A stretch of DNA of 64,000 nucleotides from Candidatus Daviesbacteria bacterium (GTDB lineage Bacteria > Patescibacteriota > Microgenomatia > Daviesbacterales > UBA10151). The translations under genes and the position numbers were made by a program. The stretch spans positions 208,372 through 272,371 of the forward strand of contig JACPDA010000004.1 in the NCBI GenBank assembly GCA_016184225.1, given 5' to 3'. How positions within the stretch are numbered: the stretch's first letter is position 1; each line of letters begins with the position of its first letter. Below, in pieces: positions 9,217 to 19,567 of this stretch. The notes under the pieces are model-generated. The model ran no database searches. It worked only from the letters and a program-made list of their open reading frames with translations, and was not told the origin of the DNA.

Positions 9217-10935
9217 ATGAAAACGTTTAGACCTCAATTTTTGAATACACAAAATAAGACAAGCTTGACGCTTCGCGATAATAATCAACCACTGAGGATT
9301 ATTCCCTTAGGTGGTGTTGGTGATGTGACCAAAAACATGTATGTTTATGAGTGCGGCAATGACATCATTATTGTCGATTGCGGCGTGGGATTTCCTGATG
9401 ATGCTATGCCGGGCGTAGATTTGGTGATTCCGGATATTTCATACCTTAGGGATAAGATAAATAGGATCAGAGGAATTATTATTACCCATGGTCATGAGGA
9501 TCATATCGGCAGCTTGCCTTATATTTGGCCGGAGATTCAAGCTCCGATCTATACCCAAAGGTTAACAGCTGGATTTATCCGTGCCAAATTCACCGAACAC
9601 AATTTACCTAAGGAGAAAATTGTTGAAATGAAAATCGACCAAAAGTTAGATTTGGGTAATTTTAAAGTCTCTTTTTATCAAGTATCCCATTCAGTACCGG
9701 ACTCTACAGGAATAGTTATTAAGACGCCTCAGGGGACAATTATCCATCAGGCAGATTTTAAGATTGACTGGACACCAGTCTCCGGTCAGGTAACTGACGT
9801 AGGGACAGTGGCGAGGCTCGGCAGCGAGGGCGTACGGTTGCTTTTAATTGATTGTTTGCGGGTTGATAAGCCGGGTTTCAATAAGTCGGAAAAATCTATT
9901 GAGGATTCTTTTGAAAAAGCTGCACTGGAGACTCCGGGGAAACTTTTGATTACCATGACTTCATCGAATGTCTCCCGGATGCAGCAGGCGATTAATGTGG
10001 CAGCGAAACTGAATAGGAAAGTAGCAGTGGTGGGCCGTTCTTTTGAGAACAATTTTCAAGTGGCCAGGGATTTGGGATATTTATCAGTTCCGCCAGCGGT
10101 TATGATAGCTCCTGATGTAATTTCCTCATTTGCCCCTCAAAAACTTATGGTTTTAATTGCCGGGGCCCAGGGACAATCTGACTCATCTCTAGTAAGGGCA
10201 GCCAACGAGGAACACAAGCAAGTAATTTTAAAAGAGGGCGATAGTGTGGTATTTTCTGCTGACCCCATTCCTTCCACCGAATCTGCCCAAAGCGCCCTGA
10301 TTGATTCGCTCTCAAGACTGGGACTAAATGTTTACTATTCGGCTGTAACTTCTGATTTACATGTTTCCGGCCATGCGGCATTGGAGGAACTGCGGCTGAT
10401 GATCAATCTAATAAAACCGAAATCTTTATTCCCAATCGGTGGGACTTTTAGACATATGGAGGCTTTTTCTAAAATGGCTGTGGATATGGGTTATGATAAA
10501 AAACAACTTCTGGAAGCAGAAGATGGAGATATTTTAGAGATAAAGGGTGAAGACATAAAAATAACCGGTAAAGTTGATGTACAAAATGTCTATGTGGACG
10601 GCTTGGGGATTGGGGATATCGGGCATGTGGTCTTGCGGGACAGACAAAAAATGAGCGAAGAAGGAGTGGTAGTTGTGGTGGTATCAGTAGATCAGCATAC
10701 CGGTAAGTTGGTCTCGGAAGTGGATATTATTTCAAGGGGATTTGTATTTGAAGAGATGGCTAAAGAGCTGCTTTCTGAAGCAAAAACTGTAGTTAAGGAT
10801 GCTTTGCAAAAACACACCCACAAAACAGCCGACTGGCGCTTTATCAGGAGAATAATCGAAGATGCCTTGGATAAATTTTTCCATCAGGCCACTGAAAGAA
10901 GACCGTTAATACTATCGGTTGTAGTGGAGGTTTAA
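9217..10935 (+). CDS. rnj: Ribonuclease J
   Basis: IIPLGG..KNM, THGHEDHIG, DFKID, LHVSGHA, RRPLILSVVVEV. Confidence 0.96.
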   Translation: MKTFRPQFLNTQNKTSLTLRDNNQPLRIIPLGGVGDVTKNMYVYECGNDIIIVDCGVGFPDDAMPGVDLVIPDISYLRDKINRIRGIIITHGHEDHIGSLPYIWPEIQAPIYTQRLTAGFIRAKFTEHNLPKEKIVEMKIDQKLDLGNFKVSFYQVSHSVPDSTGIVIKTPQGTIIHQADFKIDWTPVSGQVTDVGTVARLGSEGVRLLLIDCLRVDKPGFNKSEKSIEDSFEKAALETPGKLLITMTSSNVSRMQQAINVAAKLNRKVAVVGRSFENNFQVARDLGYLSVPPAVMIAPDVISSFAPQKLMVLIAGAQGQSDSSLVRAANEEHKQVILKEGDSVVFSADPIPSTESAQSALIDSLSRLGLNVYYSAVTSDLHVSGHAALEELRLMINLIKPKSLFPIGGTFRHMEAFSKMAVDMGYDKKQLLEAEDGDILEIKGEDIKITGKVDVQNVYVDGLGIGDIGHVVLRDRQKMSEEGVVVVVVSVDQHTGKLVSEVDIISRGFVFEEMAKELLSEAKTVVKDALQKHTHKTADWRFIRRIIEDALDKFFHQATERRPLILSVVVEV

Positions 10936-10962
10936 ACCCATAGTCTATGGTATAATTAAATT

Positions 10963-13062
10963 ATGGCAAGAAGAAGATCTATTTATAAATTACCGAAGTT
11001 TAAACTAAAACAAAAAACTATCACTGCGGTTGGTACACTGGTAGCTTTTGTTCTGGCTGTTTTATCAGTAGTAGCTATCCTGACTGATTCTCAAATCCTG
11101 GTATTTTGGAAAGATTTTTTAAAGATTTATTTAGGAGTAACCCAACTAGCGGCACCCATATTATTTTTCTTATCTGGATTAGTCTTGACGAAGGCCAGAT
11201 GGAAACTAGCACAAACTAATGTATTGCTGGGATTAGTATTGATAGTTTTGTCAACCGCTTCGTTAGTAGCAGCAGTTAAATTTGAAAACGGTGGTTTAAT
11301 TGGACAAACTTTATGGCTGCAACTTGCTTTCTTTGTGACCCCTTTGGGCGCAGTTGCGTTGCTTCTATTGGTTTTTGTGGTGGGTTTGGTGGTACTTTTT
11401 AATACCTCGCTGCAGCAGATTTTTAGTATTTTTGTTTGGTTTTTCAATACCCTGCAAAAGCTACTTAAACCAATTTTTAACAGGCAAAGGACTTTTGAGG
11501 CAAAACACATACCAATTAAAGTTTCTGGAGTAGATGACCGTCCAGGTCCGAGGCCTCAACCTATATCACATAAAGAACCGGCGATTGCCGATGTGCTGGT
11601 ACAAAACGTGGCCGGCCAAAGTAAAATTTGGAAATATCCATCCTTAAGCCTGCTTTCTGACAAGGTGGGCGCGGCAGCAGAAAGGGGCGATGTTAAAAAG
11701 AATGCGGATATTATCGAAAAGACTTTAGATTCATTCGGAATTGCCGCAGACGTTGCAGAAGTAAACGGCGGACCGGCAGTAACTCAATATGCCTTAAGAA
11801 TCTCGGCTGGAACTAAGATTTCAAAAATTGCTAATTTACAACACGATATTGCTTTGGCGCTAGCTACCCCCACCGGAACTGTCAGGATTGAAGCTCCTAT
11901 TCCCGGAAAATCTTTGGTAGGTATTGAAGTTCCGAATCGGTCTTTGGAAATAGTGGGCTTAAAACAGGTTTTGGCGTCAGATGAGATGCAGAAGCATAAA
12001 TCGAGATTGGCGGTTGTTTTAGGTCGGGATACTTCTTCTAAACCAATGATAGTGGATGTAGATAGAATGCCACATGTTTTAATTGCCGGGACAACCGGAT
12101 CCGGTAAGTCGGTATTGATTAATGCGGTTATTGCTTCCCTACTTTTTAGAAATTCACCGGACCAGTTGAAAATGATTTTGATTGATCCGAAAAGAGTGGA
12201 GTTAACAAATTATAACGGGATTCCCCATCTTTTGACTCCGGTTATTACCGAGCCGGAGAAGATTTTATCTTCTTTGAAGTGGGCTATGGCAGAGATGGAC
12301 AGGCGTTATAAATTATTTCAATCCGTGGGTGTCAGAAATATCAGCGGTTATAACGAAATGTCAGGCTTTCAGGCGCTGCCTTATATTGTGATTATTGTTG
12401 ATGAACTGGCGGACCTAATGATGTTTGCACCGGTCGAGATTGAGGATGCTATTACCAGGATTGCCCAACTGGCCCGGGCCACTGGGATTCATTTGGTGGT
12501 AGCTACCCAGCGGCCTTCTGTTGATGTTATCACCGGATTAATTAAAGCCAATATCCCCTGCCGGATTGCTTTTAATGTTTCCTCCATGATTGACTCGCGG
12601 GTAATTTTGGACGGGCCGGGGGCAGAAAAACTTCTTGGAAGAGGAGACATGCTGTTTTTGCCGCCTGATGCTTCCAAGCCGATGCGTATCCAGGGAGTGT
12701 TTGTCCAGGATGATGAGATCAATAATTTAATTAAATACTTAAAGTCAACCGGGATTGCCCCACAGTATACGGCTGAGGTAGTAGAGATGCCACTGGGTAG
12801 ATGGGGCACAAGAGGAGGTAACGGATCTGATCGGGACGAGCTTTTTGAGGAAGCAGTGAGGACTATTTGTCAATATGACCGGGCTTCGGCTTCACTGCTA
12901 CAGAGAAGGCTCAAGGTGGGTTATGCCAGGGCAGCCAGGATTCTGGATGAGCTGGAGGCAGCAGGAATAGTTGGACCGGGAGAAGGTAGCAAACCCCGGG
13001 ATGTGCTGGTCAGAAATGCCGACGACTATTTTGCCCAACAAGTAACCACTTCGGAGACTTGA
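10963..13062 (+). CDS. ftsK: DNA translocase FtsK/SpoIIIE
   Basis: N-terminal TM helices, PHVLIAGTTGSGKS, VDELADLMM, ATQRPSVDV, gamma domain SASLLQRRLKVGYARAAR. Confidence 0.97.
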   Translation: MARRRSIYKLPKFKLKQKTITAVGTLVAFVLAVLSVVAILTDSQILVFWKDFLKIYLGVTQLAAPILFFLSGLVLTKARWKLAQTNVLLGLVLIVLSTASLVAAVKFENGGLIGQTLWLQLAFFVTPLGAVALLLLVFVVGLVVLFNTSLQQIFSIFVWFFNTLQKLLKPIFNRQRTFEAKHIPIKVSGVDDRPGPRPQPISHKEPAIADVLVQNVAGQSKIWKYPSLSLLSDKVGAAAERGDVKKNADIIEKTLDSFGIAADVAEVNGGPAVTQYALRISAGTKISKIANLQHDIALALATPTGTVRIEAPIPGKSLVGIEVPNRSLEIVGLKQVLASDEMQKHKSRLAVVLGRDTSSKPMIVDVDRMPHVLIAGTTGSGKSVLINAVIASLLFRNSPDQLKMILIDPKRVELTNYNGIPHLLTPVITEPEKILSSLKWAMAEMDRRYKLFQSVGVRNISGYNEMSGFQALPYIVIIVDELADLMMFAPVEIEDAITRIAQLARATGIHLVVATQRPSVDVITGLIKANIPCRIAFNVSSMIDSRVILDGPGAEKLLGRGDMLFLPPDASKPMRIQGVFVQDDEINNLIKYLKSTGIAPQYTAEVVEMPLGRWGTRGGNGSDRDELFEEAVRTICQYDRASASLLQRRLKVGYARAARILDELEAAGIVGPGEGSKPRDVLVRNADDYFAQQVTTSET

Positions 13063-13102
13063 CTTTCATTATACTTCATGTACATTTGGTACAATTGAGC
13101 GG

Positions 13103-13717
13103 ATGAAAGCGCTAGATTTAACTTTTGAAGACACAGATCAAATTATAAAGCCTTTAAAGGTTGGTGAAATCGGAGTGATACCGACGGATACTATTTATGG
13201 AATTGTCGGGTCGGCTCTCAATCCGAAAGCTGTTGAGAGAATCTACACATTACGAAAACGGGGAAAAGATAAACCTTTTATTATTTTAATTTCCTCTATT
13301 GATGATTTGAAAAATTTTGAAGTTAAGTTAACCAGAGAACAAAAAGATTTTCTGGAAAAAAACTGGCCCAACCCTTTAAGTGTTGTTTTATCAGTTAGGT
13401 CTGACAGATTTCAGTTTCTTCACAGAGGTAAAAATTCATTAGCCTTTAGGATGCCGAAAGATGAGAAATTATTGGAACTACTAAAACAGACCGGCCCCCT
13501 AGTTGCGCCTTCTGCCAATCTTGCAGGATTAAAACCGGTAGAGACAACAAAGGAGGCAAAAAAATATTTTGGCAGCAAGGTAGCTTTTTATCTGGATGGG
13601 GGAAAATTGAAGTCAAAACCATCAACGATTATTCAGTTATATGAAGATGGTACACAGATAATTTTAAGAAGAGGCAAAAGCAGGCCGGGTATTGCCGAAC
13701 GGACTGGTAGAGTCTGA
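13103..13717 (+). CDS. tsaC: Threonylcarbamoyl-AMP synthase (Sua5/YrdC)
   Basis: PTDTIYG, KxR..KP, APSANLAG, PSTII. Confidence 0.9.
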   Translation: MKALDLTFEDTDQIIKPLKVGEIGVIPTDTIYGIVGSALNPKAVERIYTLRKRGKDKPFIILISSIDDLKNFEVKLTREQKDFLEKNWPNPLSVVLSVRSDRFQFLHRGKNSLAFRMPKDEKLLELLKQTGPLVAPSANLAGLKPVETTKEAKKYFGSKVAFYLDGGKLKSKPSTIIQLYEDGTQIILRRGKSRPGIAERTGRV

Positions 13718-14230
13718 GGGTGTTCGATGGTTCTGCAGATCAGGAGCAGCTTCGAGGGGAATATCAGCTGGGCTTGAAACTAATTTCTCAAGAGCCTGGT
13801 CAATCGGCGCCATCACTTCTTTGAATCTTTTCTCTTCTGCCTCTTTTCTTTTTCTCTCAATTTGGGTTTCAGCTACGGTTTTAAACTTTGCGAATTGGTC
13901 CTCTGTTATATGTATGTAAGCTAAAATTACTTTCTCAGTGCACCCTTCATTAATAGATTTTAAATTGTTAAATAATAAAACATAAAAATCTTTGCCTGTA
14001 TCCGCCTGCTTACTGTGGCTTACTTCTACCTCGTAATCTTTTAAGTCCAGGCGGTAATGATCCTGCAGCGAGGTGGGGTCGAATTTAGCAAGGTCGGTGT
14101 GTGAAACTATTAGTTTATCTTCATTAATTAATTCAATCAGTTGATTGAGATAAAGGTCAGCTTTCTCCGAGCCGCCACTAGGAGGCGGCAGAAGCGAGGT
14201 ATCGTCTTGCGAGAGGCTTTGGTTGGACAT
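13664..14230 (-). CDS. Hypothetical protein
   Basis: 188-aa ORF with TTGACA-17-TAAGAT 7 nt upstream of its ATG; overlaps the tsaC 3' end convergently. Confidence 0.75.
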   Translation of the reverse strand: MSNQSLSQDDTSLLPPPSGGSEKADLYLNQLIELINEDKLIVSHTDLAKFDPTSLQDHYRLDLKDYEVEVSHSKQADTGKDFYVLLFNNLKSINEGCTEKVILAYIHITEDQFAKFKTVAETQIERKRKEAEEKRFKEVMAPIDQALEKLVSSPADIPLEAAPDLQNHRTPSDSTSPFGNTRPAFASS

Positions 14231-14291
14231 TAGCTGTATCTTAAGAAGTTAATGTCTTTATGTCAACAGGTCATTTTGGTAAAATTCGTAC

Positions 14292-14933
14292 ATGCGGACA
14301 GTTGGGCAGATTTTAAAAGAGGAAAGGGAAAAAAAGCTTTTTACTTTAGATGAAATTGAAAAGGCTACGAAGATCCGTAAAGAACTGCTTGAAGCGCTGG
14401 AAGCAGGCCAATATGCTAAACTGCCGCCTCCAACATTTGTCCAAGGGTTTATTAGAAATTACGGTAGATTTTTAAAGTTAGACCCGGAAAAACTCCTGGC
14501 AATATTTAGAAGGGAGTTTTCCGAAGGAAAGCATCCACCCAGAATTCTGGAGACTTTTAGTAACCCGGTGGATAAAAAAAGATTTAAGCTGACTCCCTCC
14601 CGAGCTTTGGGAGGAGTGGTTTTGACTTTAATAATCATCTTCTTTGTTTATCTTTGGTTTGAATATAGGTTTTTGGTAGGGGGTCCGTTTTTGGAAGTAA
14701 GAGAGCCTGTGAACCAATTTAATACCAGCTCTCCGACTGTTTTGGTGACAGGCAGGACTGATCCTGAGGCAAAATTGAGTATCAACAACCAAGAGATTGG
14801 GGTAGATCCTTCAGGCAAATTCTCCCAAGAAATCAAACTGGCTGACGATATCAATACTATTGAAATAGCTGCCGTATCAAAAAGCGGTAATGTAACCAAA
14901 GTTGAAAGAACGGTTTTTTTCAAACAGAAATGA
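14292..14933 (+). CDS. RodZ-like HTH membrane protein with Ig-like C-terminal domain
   Basis: VGQILKEEREKK..TKIR..LEALE..LPP.FVQGFIRNY, single TM, beta-rich tail. Confidence 0.8.
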   Translation: MRTVGQILKEEREKKLFTLDEIEKATKIRKELLEALEAGQYAKLPPPTFVQGFIRNYGRFLKLDPEKLLAIFRREFSEGKHPPRILETFSNPVDKKRFKLTPSRALGGVVLTLIIIFFVYLWFEYRFLVGGPFLEVREPVNQFNTSSPTVLVTGRTDPEAKLSINNQEIGVDPSGKFSQEIKLADDINTIEIAAVSKSGNVTKVERTVFFKQK

Positions 14934-14966
14934 CAGATTGGTAAGGTTATGCTATATTAAAAACCC

Positions 14967-15257
14967 ATGGATTTTTTGCAAGTAGCCCTTATATTCTTAA
15001 TACTACTTTTATCAATTTTTTTAAGTATTACGGGAATCCAAGTATTTTTCATTTTGCGTGATTTAAAAAGGGCTTTGGATCAATTTAATGCAATCTTGCA
15101 AACAGGTGAAAATATCGCGCAGGATTTGGAAAAGCCGGTGGCAGTAGCAAGCAAGTTGGCAACGAGTGCGGAAGTAGGAGTTGCTGCCGGAGTAGCGAAG
15201 GTGCTGCAAAAGATCATTAAACCCAAACCAAAAAGATTCTATAAAAAGGTGCTTTAA
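14967..15257 (+). CDS. Small membrane protein
   Basis: N-terminal TM helix plus coiled segment; -10 box 7 nt upstream of the ATG. Confidence 0.7.
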   Translation: MDFLQVALIFLILLLSIFLSITGIQVFFILRDLKRALDQFNAILQTGENIAQDLEKPVAVASKLATSAEVGVAAGVAKVLQKIIKPKPKRFYKKVL

Positions 15258-15258
15258 A

Positions 15259-15465
15259 CTGTCATTCTGAACGAAGTGAAGAATCTCTAGGCTTGTTCTA
15301 GATACATCTTTCTTCACGCTTTTGACCGCAAAAGCGTGGTAAAACTCTTTTTGCTGAAAGTCGAGCTACTCGTCAGATTTTGCTGATCGGGGGCTCACCC
15401 CCTCGGAAATTCACTAATCGTTCAGTTTCCGGTTCCCCCTGATATCAAAATCCTCCTCGTTTTAC
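15259..15465. repeat. Structured intergenic element: REP-like half plus long hairpins
   Basis: CTGTCATTCTGAACGAAGTGAAGAATCT; CACGCTTTTG-ACCG-CAAAAGCGTG; GATTTTG..ATCGGGGG paired with CCCCCTGAT..CAAAATC. Confidence 0.55.
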
Positions 15466-15506
15466 GCTCTTTGTTTCTAAGCAAAAATTTAGGATATAAT
15501 ACCTTC

Positions 15507-17366
15507 ATGACATCTCAAGAGTTAAGGTTAAAATTCATTAACTTTTTCAAGAATCATTCTGATTTGCCGCATCAGGAAATTTCTTCTGCCTCTTTAGTGC
15601 CTTCTGAGGAAGAGCAATTGGTTGGCAAGGAGAAAGTTTTATTTACTAGTGCCGGAATGCAACCCTTAATCCCCTATCTCACAGGACAAAAAGAACCGCC
15701 TAGTAAAAGACTGGTTGATGTCCAAAAATGTCTGAGGACTGATGATATTGAAGAGGTGGGAGATGAGGTTCATCATACCTTCTTTGAGATGTTGGGTAAT
15801 TGGTCTATAGGTGATTATTGGAAAGAAGGGGCCATCAAATTATCTTTTGAGTTTCTAACAAAGGAATTGGAGATACCAATAGAAAAGCTTGCTATTACTG
15901 TTTTTGCCGGAGACGGCGATGCGCCAAAAGACGAAGAGTCAGCTGGAGTCTGGAAAAGTTTAGGGATTCCAGAAGATAGAATATTCTATTTTGGCAAGAG
16001 TCATAACTGGTGGCCGACTGGTGAAAAATCTGGTTTGTGTGGCCCGGATACGGAAATGTTTTATTGGATAGGTGAGGGCGGACCGGAAGGAAAACCTAAT
16101 GAAGATTCAAGATGGGTAGAAATTTGGAATGATGTTTTTATGCAATTTAATAGGAAAGAGGACGGCAGCTTAGAGAATCTGCCACAGAGAAATGTGGATA
16201 CAGGTATGGGCTTAGAAAGAACACTGGCTGCTCTAAATGGAAAGAAAAGTGACTATGAAACTGATTTGTTTGAGCCAATTATTAAAGAAATTGAAAAATC
16301 AAAAAATAATTATTCAGAAAGATCTAAGCGGATTATTGCAGATCATTTAAAAGCTGCAGTTTTTTTAATGGCTGAGGGAATTAAATCGCAATCCAATGAT
16401 CCGAGGGGTTCTGTTTTAGCGCGATTACTCTCCGGGGCGATTACTCAAAACAATCAACTACTAGAAGACTATGTAGTGCAAAAGATTATAGATACCGCCA
16501 TCAATATATACGAAGAAAAATATCAAGAACTGAAAGAAAATAAAGAAACGATCCATGAATTTATGGCAGAGGCATATCGATTGATAAAAGAGAAAAGTTC
16601 TCCAGACGAACTCAGAGAAAAGATGTTAGCTAAATTTACACCTGATACTCCGATAACGACAGCATCAGGTAATGCAGGAAATATAGCTTTTGACTACCAT
16701 CAAAGAATGGGTACACCACAACCGATTATATTTGGAACAGCGTCTGAATTGATTCAGCAGGTTGGGTTAGAAATGGACAATTTTAAAAAGGGATACGAAG
16801 AGGCGTTTCGGCAACATCAACAAGTATCTAAAGGCGTAGAGGCAGGTAAATTTAAAGGTGGTCTAGCAGACCAATCTGAGGTAGTTACCAAATATCACAC
16901 CGCTACTCATTTACTTCACCAGGCTTTAAGAGATGTTTTGGGGCCGGAGGTGTTTCAGAAAGGATCTAATATCACCTCTGAGCGGCTGCGGTTTGATTTT
17001 TCTTTTGAGCGCAAGATGACGGAGGAAGAAATAAAAGAGGTGGAAGATATTATTAACAAAAAAATTACAGAGGATCTAAGGGTTGACCGTAAGATCGTCA
17101 GTCCGACTGAGGCCAAAAACATGGGCGCTATTGGGCTTTTTGATGAAAAGTACGGTAGTGAAGTCAGTATTTATGGAGTTGGGCCGGGATATAATTTGGA
17201 CCCCAAAGCAAAAGACCAAAGAGAAAGAAATGGATATTATTCCCTGGAATTTTGCGGCGGTCCCCATGTTGAGGCAACTGCCGTGATTGGGAAAATAGAA
17301 ATTATCAAAGAAGAGGCTGTGTCTGCCGGTATCCGCCGAATCAGGGCACAAATTGTGTTAAAATAA
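15507..17366 (+). CDS. alaS: Alanine--tRNA ligase, truncated (no C-Ala domain)
   Basis: LFTSAGMQP, HHTFFEMLGNWS, DTGMGLER, HTATHLLH, EFCGGPHV; ATG 15507 lies 6 nt after TATAAT. Confidence 0.96.
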   Translation: MTSQELRLKFINFFKNHSDLPHQEISSASLVPSEEEQLVGKEKVLFTSAGMQPLIPYLTGQKEPPSKRLVDVQKCLRTDDIEEVGDEVHHTFFEMLGNWSIGDYWKEGAIKLSFEFLTKELEIPIEKLAITVFAGDGDAPKDEESAGVWKSLGIPEDRIFYFGKSHNWWPTGEKSGLCGPDTEMFYWIGEGGPEGKPNEDSRWVEIWNDVFMQFNRKEDGSLENLPQRNVDTGMGLERTLAALNGKKSDYETDLFEPIIKEIEKSKNNYSERSKRIIADHLKAAVFLMAEGIKSQSNDPRGSVLARLLSGAITQNNQLLEDYVVQKIIDTAINIYEEKYQELKENKETIHEFMAEAYRLIKEKSSPDELREKMLAKFTPDTPITTASGNAGNIAFDYHQRMGTPQPIIFGTASELIQQVGLEMDNFKKGYEEAFRQHQQVSKGVEAGKFKGGLADQSEVVTKYHTATHLLHQALRDVLGPEVFQKGSNITSERLRFDFSFERKMTEEEIKEVEDIINKKITEDLRVDRKIVSPTEAKNMGAIGLFDEKYGSEVSIYGVGPGYNLDPKAKDQRERNGYYSLEFCGGPHVEATAVIGKIEIIKEEAVSAGIRRIRAQIVLK

Positions 17367-17371
17367 TTCAT

Positions 17372-19567
17372 ATGAGCTTCCTTGATAAAATAACAGCCTT
17401 TTTACCGTTTCGGGAAAGGCAAGAAAGTAAAGAATATTTTTTTGCCACAAACATCGGTACTGAAAATCTCACGGCAGCTTTGTGGGGTATCGAAGGTAAA
17501 GAACTTAAGATTTTATCAATAGCTTCGGAAAATTATTCCTCAAATGACGAGATTGTTGCGGTTACAGATAAGCTCTTGGATCAAGTTTTAGGTTTAAAAG
17601 AGATCGAACCCCAAAAAATCCTTTTTGGGGTGCCTGCTTCCTGGCTAATAGATGACAATTTAAAAGATGAGTACTTAAAAATACTCCGAGTTTTGGTGAA
17701 AGAACTGGAGCTTACTCCGATGGCTTATGTAGCGACCAGTAATGCCATAGCGCATTTTTTGGAAAAACAGGATGGTATTCCCACAACTGCTATTTTGATT
17801 GGGTTTGAGAAACTTCATTTAACAGTTACAGTAGTCAGGGCAGGTAAAATTGATGGGGTAAAGGTTATTAAAAGAGGAGAAACTGCAGGTTCAGATATAG
17901 AAAAAGCACTACTCACATTTATTGATGTTGAAACGTTGCCTTCTAAGATTTTAATTTACGGTACGGCATCTTCCGAATTAAAATCTCAACTATTATCTTT
18001 TCCCTGGATGTCTAAACTATCATTCTTGCACCTGCCAAAGATAGAGGTACTGGAGCAAGACTTGGAAATTAAAAGTATATGCTTGGCCGGAGGATCAGAA
18101 CTTAATCCCGCTATCTCTTTTATAGACCATTCTCAGCAAAGAAAGATAGAAAAAGCAGTAGTTATTGATGAAGAGGATCTAAAAGAGCCAGAAAGTCAGG
18201 TGGTTAGAAAACCAAAGAGTGAAGTTAATTCTGAAAAAGAAAATCTCGGTTTTGTAGTTGGAGACGTAGAAAGTCAGATTAAGTCAGAATACAAAGAAAC
18301 TGATGATTTGCCGGAAGACCTTAAGTTAGAGCAGCCCCAGGAGGAAGAGTTGGCAATCTCCAAAGAGCGCCCTTTAGAGATTGAAGATTTTGAAACAGAT
18401 AAGAAGAATGATTGGAAGCAATTAATTCCCAAAAGCCTTACAACCCCTATTTTACTTTTTGGAATAGTTCTGAGTTTGGCTTTAGTGCTAGGTACTTATA
18501 TTTTGTTGCCTAAGGCAAATGTAAAGATTTTTGTAGAACCAAAGGTGCTGGAGAAAGATGCAGAGGTTATAGCCGACCCTAATCAAAAGGCAGTCGATGA
18601 AGATGCCAAAATCATTCCGGGGCAAACAGTCGAAACAGAGGTGTCAGGTTCTGCCAAAGACAATGCTTCCGGTAAAAGACAAATCGGCGATCCGGCCAAG
18701 GGGACTATTGTAATTTATAATAAAACTCTAAGTCCGCAGGTATTGAGTAAGGGGACTAGTATCAGTAGTGGAGGCATAAAGTTTACCCTGGATACCAGTG
18801 CAACCATAGCTTCGCAGTCAGCTAGCGATAGCGGGATTACTTTTGGCAAAGCAAATACTACAGTTACTGCTGCTTCAATCGGAGCTGACGGAAATTTACC
18901 TTCCGGATCGGATTTTACCATTGCAGGTTATTCATCTGATAAATTAGCTGCTAAATCCGAGGGTAACCTTTCCGGGGGTACATCTAAAGACGTGACTGTT
19001 GTCTCCAGTGAAGATCAACAAAGATTACTTGCTAAATTATCCTCTGACTTGAGACAGCAAGCTCAACAAAAGCTGCAGGAAAAATTCCCCAATAAAAAAA
19101 TCTTGCAGGAAGCGCTCTCAGAACAGGTTACCCGTAAAAGCTATAATAAAAATATTAACGATCAAGCCAGCGAATTCGCCCTCAATATGACTATTCGCTA
19201 TAAAGGCACTGCATTTGAGGATAAAGATCTTAAATTGATTGTCTCCAAGTTAGTCACTACACAGGTTCCAGACGGTTTTCAACTTGATCTTTCAGAGACA
19301 GAAACTCAAGCCGATGTTTCAAAATTGGAAAAAGACGGCAAGTTAATATTTTTGGCAAGATTTAAAGCAAAGATGATACCGCAAGTTGATAAAGATAAAA
19401 TTAGAAATCAGATAAAATTCAAGACTCCAGCTGAGGTGGCAAATCTATTAAAAGGCATGGATAATATTCTAGGTTCTGAAATTAGTTGGACTCCGAAAAT
19501 ACCAAAAGCATTAGAGCGTCTGCCTATTTTATCAAAAAATATCAAAATCGAGGTTGGGCTTAAATGA
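17372..19567 (+). CDS. Membrane protein: actin/FtsA-like N-terminus, TM helix, baseplate-J-like C-terminal region
   Basis: 731 aa; ILFGVP, AILIG..LTVTVV pattern; central TM; A.GTIVIYN, VTAASIGADGN, GGTSK.V.VV pattern; domain calls by eye. Confidence 0.55.
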   Translation: MSFLDKITAFLPFRERQESKEYFFATNIGTENLTAALWGIEGKELKILSIASENYSSNDEIVAVTDKLLDQVLGLKEIEPQKILFGVPASWLIDDNLKDEYLKILRVLVKELELTPMAYVATSNAIAHFLEKQDGIPTTAILIGFEKLHLTVTVVRAGKIDGVKVIKRGETAGSDIEKALLTFIDVETLPSKILIYGTASSELKSQLLSFPWMSKLSFLHLPKIEVLEQDLEIKSICLAGGSELNPAISFIDHSQQRKIEKAVVIDEEDLKEPESQVVRKPKSEVNSEKENLGFVVGDVESQIKSEYKETDDLPEDLKLEQPQEEELAISKERPLEIEDFETDKKNDWKQLIPKSLTTPILLFGIVLSLALVLGTYILLPKANVKIFVEPKVLEKDAEVIADPNQKAVDEDAKIIPGQTVETEVSGSAKDNASGKRQIGDPAKGTIVIYNKTLSPQVLSKGTSISSGGIKFTLDTSATIASQSASDSGITFGKANTTVTAASIGADGNLPSGSDFTIAGYSSDKLAAKSEGNLSGGTSKDVTVVSSEDQQRLLAKLSSDLRQQAQQKLQEKFPNKKILQEALSEQVTRKSYNKNINDQASEFALNMTIRYKGTAFEDKDLKLIVSKLVTTQVPDGFQLDLSETETQADVSKLEKDGKLIFLARFKAKMIPQVDKDKIRNQIKFKTPAEVANLLKGMDNILGSEISWTPKIPKALERLPILSKNIKIEVGLK

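Noticed and set aside
15259-15506. T-box riboswitch for alaS
   Set aside because: No GGTGGNACC T-box motif or U-tailed terminator, and a TATAAT lies 6 nt before the alaS ATG.
17372-19567. Prophage inferred from the baseplate-J-like region
   Set aside because: No other phage genes; the gene is embedded in a housekeeping operon.
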